Source of the DNA: the human T2T-CHM13v2.0 reference genome, Homo sapiens
DNA length: 64,000 nt
Reading direction: 5' to 3' (one strand)
Assembly: GCF_009914755.1 (NCBI RefSeq)
Contig: NC_060939.1
This document shows, one piece after another, positions 57,377-64,000 of the stretch. Each line of letters opens with the position of its first letter. Position 1 is the stretch's first letter. The notes below the pieces were generated by a model, which saw nothing but the letters and a program-made list of their open reading frames with translations, was not told where the DNA came from and ran no database searches. Made by a program: the position numbers and the translations under genes.

Positions 57377-58014
57377 TGAGCAAGGAAAAGAAAATCTCAG
57401 CACCCTAAACTCCCTATGCCAAAGGGAAAAATTAAGCTTGGAAGCTGAGTCATGCACAAAAACAAACAAACAAAAACCCCAAAACCTGCCTTTCCTTTTG
57501 TTCCTAAACAGTTACAAGATAAAAGGCCGCATATCTCCCCGGGTGGCATCCCTCACCCTGAAAATGTAAATTAACAGCTTATCTTTATGAGTGTGGGACA
57601 AGAGGAGACTAGAAATTGTCCCCTCCACCCTAAGGCAAATGCATATTTGACTTCTTCCTCTACTCTGTGTTTACTTTATCTTATGTAAAGTGCAGTTTTA
57701 CTGAGCAAATACATAACTGACTGCTCCTCTACTCCCTCATTTTCATATGCAACATGTGGATTCCGTGAGCGCTAATGAAAGCCTCACAAGAATGTGACCA
57801 TACTCTTTATCTCTCTTTTTTTCTTTCCTCCTTCCCCATCCTGCCCACTTTTTTCTCTTTAAATATTGAAGCTCTCAAAATTCTCTTTGGAAAAAGTGCA
57901 GGCCGCAGATCCTACTGTGCCTTGTGTCTCTTTTTCCCAGGTGCATCCTCAACCTTGGCAAAATAAATCTCTAAGTTGATTGAAGCTTGCCTCAGTCATT
58001 TTATTTGGTTTACA
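57377..58014 (+). mobile_element. MER4-group ERV1 solo LTR (LTR54/MER4C-like; exact family uncertain)
   Basis: TG...CA termini; 4-bp TSD atag; ccttggcaaaataaatctctaag near the end. Confidence 0.7.
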
Positions 58015-59999
58015 ATAGAAGTCCCTGGCAAATGAGGGGGAATAGCACTACAATTACATGTTTGGCTTAGGCTGAATTAAGAGTAACATGCCAGAATGGA
58101 AGACTCTTCTCAAGGGGAAAACTCTTCCCAAAACAGAATCCTTGTACTAACCCACAGATTCTACTGAGGATGGTTTGTGTTTAAACCACAGATTTTACTG
58201 GGGGTAATTTGTGTTTAGAGATGGAGATTGTGGGAGAATTTGCTTCAAGCTGCTGCCTCTGGTTTCTGGGACAAGTTCATACTCTGTCCTTTACTGCTCA
58301 GTACTCTACATCTATGAACACAGGAAAAATTAACCCTGGGCTAACCCTTATATTTCAGCAAAGCCCTTGGGTTTCCTGGTAGCTCTGATTTCCAAGAGCT
58401 TGTAGGAGGGTTAATGGCCATCTTGCTAATCTTTCAGGAGCCCATAGATTTCTCAGTCTTGCATTCTACTCTAGGTATAGACTTTTGAAGCAACCAGACC
58501 AACTCAAGTTCTACTGGGGCAGTTAAGGCAAAAGGAATTGTATTACCTGCTAATCGTGGGAGTTATATAAAGGATGTGTGAAAAAATGGGAAGCACCATG
58601 GGAGGAAGAGATAAAAGGTAAAACTCTCATGGGATGTAATCAGATGAAAAGAACTGTAGTTAAATCATAGCCAGCGTTCAGGTTTGGAAAATTCCCACCT
58701 CTAAGCTCCCTGTAGCTTTTCCCAGATGTTCTGTGGTCTGCACTGGTATCCCCTTAGTGGTTGGTAGGGGCTTCTATTCTGCCTCCTCCACTAGCTATAG
58801 CCTGTTTGCTAGTGGACAGTCTGGCTCATTCTGTGAACTCTTTTCCAGTCTTTTGGCTTCTAAGTCTCTGCTTTTTCAGCAGTTGGTTGACTACTAGCAG
58901 AAGTTAAGATCTAATCTGGGAATGACGCCAGGGTTCAGAGCAGCCAAAAGGCAAGAATTCGCTGTGAAAATAAATCTAGTCTGCTTCAGTGACTCTGGGG
59001 ATGTTTAACAATGTTATGAAAGCAAACCATTTGTTTATTTTAGCGTCCATATTTTTGGTCCATATTCCAAAAATGTGGACCCTAAAATAAATAACTGGTT
59101 TTCTTTTGTTTCTGTGTGTCTGTGTGTGTTAGACAAATGACTGGGATCCCAAATTTAGTGTGACTGCAAGCGTGTATCATGAGTAGTTGCTAAGAACATA
59201 ATTTCAGGTAGCAAAATTATGTAGGGAAGAGCAGGGGGGAACAGAAGGCAATTTTATTTGCAACTTGAGGGCTGTCAAAACGTAGTTAAAGGACAGTTTA
59301 TTTCAGTCTTATAAACCTTTTTAGTTGCTTTAAATTTTTAAATACACAAAAAATTATTAATAAATAAAATTATCATTTTACCATACAGAGGAAAATCACC
59401 ATTAGTCTTTTGTTTTAGTTTCTTTTATCTGTATATTTACCGTAAATCATATTTGTAAGAATTTTAAAGTAATTTATGATAATTATAGAATATATAGGAA
59501 AAATAAAAGATAGGAAGAAAATGAAAATAATCTATACTTCTATGCATAACACCACCACTGACATTTTTGTTTATGTATATTGTTCTAAAATATGTATATG
59601 CCATTTGTTAAAACGTATGCAATATATAATTTAACAAAACTGAGATTATAGTACATTTTATAATCTACTTTTTCTACCTAATGGTGTATCTTGAACATTT
59701 CTTTTATTCTTATAAACCATAACTTTTAATTACCTAATACTATTTTATCACATAGGCATGCCATAATTGACTTAACAGTTTTCTTCTTTTGGATACTTCA
59801 GTGGTTTCTAATTTATAATTGTGGAATAGAAAGTGGCAGAAAGTCAGCCCTTCTGCATTTGGCGTCAGATGGCCTTGCTAAAAATGACTCTCCATTCTGT
59901 CTGGTGCTTCCAGCCCCTGCTGTTTCTGGAAACTTGTTGTATCTGCACATGGATCTTATTATAAGATGGTATAGTGTCGGGACTGAGAGTGAGGCTGCA

Positions 60000-60410
60000 G
60001 TAAGGCTAGACAGAGCTGGGTTCAACTTTTAACCTGAGATTTTCCTGCTCTCAAAGACTCAGTTATCTCATGATTAAAATAGAGTTATTATGAAGATTAC
60101 ATGAGGTAGTGTATCTCAGTTTATGTAGCTACTTAGCTAATAGTTGTATTATCATTTATTGGTTCTCTTTTTGAGTTGTATTTATTGAGCATTTTAATGT
60201 GACAGGCATTGTGCTCAGTGCTGAAGATAAAAAGATGGGAAAAATAAGTCCAGTCCTGGTCTCGTGGCTTTTACAGTCTAGTATTATAGAAAATCATCAT
60301 GTAATTATGTTTAACAAAATTCAAAATTGTGGCTATGCCAAGTGCTGAGAAAGAGAGATACCTGTTCTCATGAGACCTTTTAATAGGGGATTGGCCATAG
60401 TCACAGATGG
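60000..60410. mobile_element. MIR fragment (+) followed by an L2 3' end (-)
   Basis: agctgggttcaa...ctcagttatctca; tatttattgagcattttaatgtgacaggcattgtgctcagtgctg. Confidence 0.6.
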
Positions 60411-62181
60411 GCTTTTGTGTTCTCATAAAAGCTGGTCAAGAGAGGGCTGTGGGAGATTGATATTCAGCAGGAAACATACTACTTGCTCTAAGATCTTTTT
60501 TATCTTCTCTCTCAGATGAGCAGAAACTATATGAATGTGATTTTGCAATAAAATGCTCCAGAATGGAACCAGAAAGAAATATTTTTAACTCTTTCCTGCC
60601 TGGTGCATCGCCTTTGATCATCTTTCTTGTTTATGGCATCTATGCTCACATAGCTTTTTGCACTTGCCTCCGGGATGAACAACTGTAGGAGGCTTCTTTG
60701 CCCAAGTGTCTAGTGCTTCCCACCTTCTTTACCTTGCCACCTTGGCAATCTTTGTATTGCCAGCACTTAACAGGGTACCTGGTACACAGTGGTTCTCACA
60801 ATGCCCAAAGCCAGCTGACTTAAAAGTTAATATAATATTTCAGGGCAGGGCAGACAACACCTGCCTAGGAAGATGGAGAGAGGAAGGAAAGGACTTCTCT
60901 TCCCTGAATATGCCAGAAATATAAAGCAAGGAGTGGAATGAAAACATCAAGGGGCAGCTCCTTGAAAGAGTTCAGTGAATCATCTTGTGGGGAAGATAAG
61001 AAATGTTTTGAAATATGTCTGAAAAGGGAAGAGGGCATTCCAGATACAGGAGACATCAGGTACGTAAGTAGGAAGGTATGAACAATATCACCTGCAATGG
61101 AAAGTGTCACGATATGGGTGTGCCAGGAACAGAGAGAGACTGGGGAAAGGCTGTTAGATGAATAAATAGGAGATGACCTGGGGAAGTAGTTGGAGCTGAG
61201 TTGTGAAATATCTTATGTTTGTCAATAGTTTAGATTTTTTATTATAAGAAACAAATATACATACAGATTGGGGAAAAGCATAGGGCTTTGCAAAATACAA
61301 AATTCAGTACTGCTAATATCTTACAGAAAAACAACACAGAACAAAACAAATCCTCCCAGCTGTGATCAGCATGCTTAGATCTTGTCTTGAACTTCACAAG
61401 CCTCCTAGGGATGAAAACCTACGTGGTATGGTACCCTTGCTCCTCTTGCAACCACAGAGTTAATATCAGCTTCACTGTGTGAAGGTAAACAGGCCTTTAC
61501 ACCAGAGAAATATAGCATCTTGTTTTTAAAAATACGTCTTTTGTTAGTTTTAATATTTTTACTTTAAAATATATATTAACTGTAAGATTTTGTAACTATT
61601 CCATGAATGTATTCCCTCATTATTATCAAAATTCTTCATATACTAACAGATTAGAAAGTTTTTTGCATAAAAAGTTTATGCAAAAAAGAAATCTGGCTAT
61701 TACTGGAGTAAATAAGTGCCTAATATGCCTGCTTCCATTTTGTAATCTATGAACTACAAGTAAGTTTTATGTGAACAGATTCTTGTGTGTAAACTGGTGG
61801 TTCCCAATATCTCACTTAATTACCTCTCATCCTATTCCTAGAAGCACACTTAGGGACACATATTGGCTGGGCTGTGGGACTGCCAGCTACCTAATTCTGA
61901 TCTCTTTGAGGATTCAGAATTGCAGACCTCAGTCAGAACAGGTTACACTAACTAGTACACTGTCACACATATTTTGCCACCAAACATTCTGATTCAGTGC
62001 CATGGTTGGGGAAAAATAGGTGTATAAATCAGAGTGCAAGAAAACAGATGTTATGTTCCAATTAGGATAATTTGAAAAGGATATATTATTTATGAGGAAC
62101 TAATGACAAAATTTTGAGAGATTGAAGTTCATATCAGAATTTCTAAGGGCCAGAGTAACTGCTTTAATACCCAGCTTTGCA

Positions 62182-62575
62182 TGTTGTTAAACAAAGTTTA
62201 GTGGAGGCCGTTGCTGTGAACTAGCCTCTTGCACTTGCTCTTAGCAGACCAGATCAAACCAGAATGGAGTCACTTAGACTAAGGGACGGTAATCAAACAA
62301 TTTTGAAATGGGCCAGTTTTCCAAAACACAGGAGATTCCAGTCTGCCTGACTCAGCATAGTAAGGAAGTTCCCTCAGTTTTAACCCTATGAGGATGGTAA
62401 CTTTCCAATAACCAACCCGCCTTGTGTTCTGTATTTCTGCTTTCTTCAGCCATTTTCTGCTTATAAAGCCAAATTTGTCTTCTCAACTCATCAGAATACT
62501 CACTCTATGTTATAGAATCACAAATAAAAGTCAGTGAGATCTTTAAACTAAATTTGTTGTAATTTTGCCTTATAA
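62182..62575 (+). mobile_element. Old ERV1 solo LTR (MER31-like; name uncertain)
   Basis: cagaccagatcaaaccagaatggagtcac...aataaaag...gatctttaaactaaatttgttgtaattttg. Confidence 0.55.
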
Positions 62576-63199
62576 TATCATTGTCTGTTTGGAAAATAAA
62601 ATGCAACATACCTGTGTGCATACATCAATTATTTTATGGACAATTGACAATTGAAATGAATCGAGAAGGGGGAGAATTGAAGACAGAAGAAGATCTACCA
62701 CAGCAGTCAGAATTTGTTGAGTCAAATCAGTTTTCTAATTATGAATGTATCACTTCAAGGGAATACAGTTTAAGCAAAAAGCAGTCATTTGTTGTTTGTT
62801 TATGAGACACCCCTGTCTGCTGCTGGGACACATCAGCGGCATCATGAGTCTCTAGCTCCAACTCTGCAGGTGTGTTTGGTTTACTGATTGGCTGCCCGCC
62901 AAATCAGGAGCTGTTCTGCCTTATTGAAAAGCCCTGTGGTTCACAACATGTTTTCCTAAGTTTACTAAGTGGTATAAACCTCTTAATCTTAAACTGCTCT
63001 ACAGCACCTGCCCTGCCACTTCAAATTAACTTGGTCCTTGTTCTCAATCTCGATTCAGTGCATAAGCTTTTCATTGGCCAAGGTGAGTGCTGAAGTAGTT
63101 TTAGCTGCTTTTTTACCCAAGAGGTACCAGGCAGCACCAACTAGCACACAGCCAGCATTAGGAGGCAGTAGTAGAGGTAAATGACAGTCTCTTCTGAAA

Positions 63200-64000
63200 A
63201 TTTTAATGCTTTGCTTTTGTATCTGAAAATTTCACTGGAATTGATTTCTTGTGTGTAGTATGAGATAGGAATCCCATTTCACTTTTTACATGGCATTTCC
63301 CCAAAGGATCATTTATTGAATAGTCCATCTTTTCCCTACTGGTTTGAAATGCCACCACTGTTAAAGATCACATTTATGTTTATATGTGTTGATCAGTTTC
63401 TAAGCACTGTATAGTATCTTATTGGTCTGAGTTTTTAAAAAATCAATGCATTATTTTAAATCAAAACTTCATTAACTCTTTAAACTTATTTAGCTTAATC
63501 TTACTATTTTGTTGAATAATACTCCCTTGCTTAATCATCAATTTTTTGAATTAAAAAATTTTGCTATAAAAATATAATTTTTGCTAAAAAAGTTCTATAA
63601 AACTTTTAAATTAGTTTATAATTTTTCCATGAAAATATCTTGTTGGGATTTTAATTGGAATTACATAAATTTATGAGTCAATTTGGGAAGGATCAATATC
63701 TTTAATGTTTGTCTATAAATACGATGTGTTTATCCATCATTTATGTCTCCCTTAATACTTTATACAAACTTTATAATTTTCTCCATAAAATATCACAAAT
63801 CTTTCATGCCACTCACTCATTCATTCATTCCTTTATATTTTTTAGAAGGCTTACTTGAACCAGAACATTTGCTAGCATACTTGTAGCATATAGATTTTTA
63901 AAATGTTTTTTCCATCAATATTTATGGTGCTTACCATAGATTTTTATGGATATGTTTTTATCAGGTTAAATGTGCTCCCTTCTAGATTTAACTTTTCCTA
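63200..64000 (-). mobile_element. Ancient L1ME-like ORF2 fragment
   Basis: catttattgaatagtccatcttttcccta; tgggattttaattggaattacataaattt. Confidence 0.7.

Noticed and set aside
58151-58220. ~35-bp degenerate tandem duplication (ccacagatt.tactg...tttgtgttta twice)
   Set aside because: An ordinary two-copy slippage duplication with no further structure.

Overview
This is eukaryotic, AT-rich, repeat-dense DNA from a hominoid primate (human or great ape), judged by Alu J/S elements, THE1B/C/D, MADE1, ERV LTRs and an L1PA3-like insertion. I found no convincing host protein-coding gene, rRNA, intact tRNA or CRISPR array. The ORF track is mostly explained by L1 ORF2, MaLR-internal and Alu sequence, and the rest looks like chance ORFs. 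The window reads as intronic or intergenic DNA built from nested transposons. The best non-trivial signals are mechanistic: (1) a 2.35-kb insertion at 30305-32657 that looks like an L1PA3 3' transduction inverted by twin priming at the L1's own internal poly(A); (2) three locally templated copy-paste insertions (24481-24661, 27400-27576, 27775-27805) within about 5 kb; (3) an LTR6/HERV-T-like LTR that keeps its tRNA-Thr primer-binding site (PBS) plus a 12-bp second LTR end inside one target-site duplication (TSD); (4) a TSD-flanked retrocopy of an unidentified mRNA 3' end, sitting inside a 115-bp direct repeat; (5) a three-layer THE1D>THE1C>THE1B nest. I see no evidence of a new gene system. 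Repeat subfamily names come from memory of consensus sequences and need RepeatMasker/Dfam confirmation. Boundaries of old elements are approximate, and mismatch counts were done by eye.
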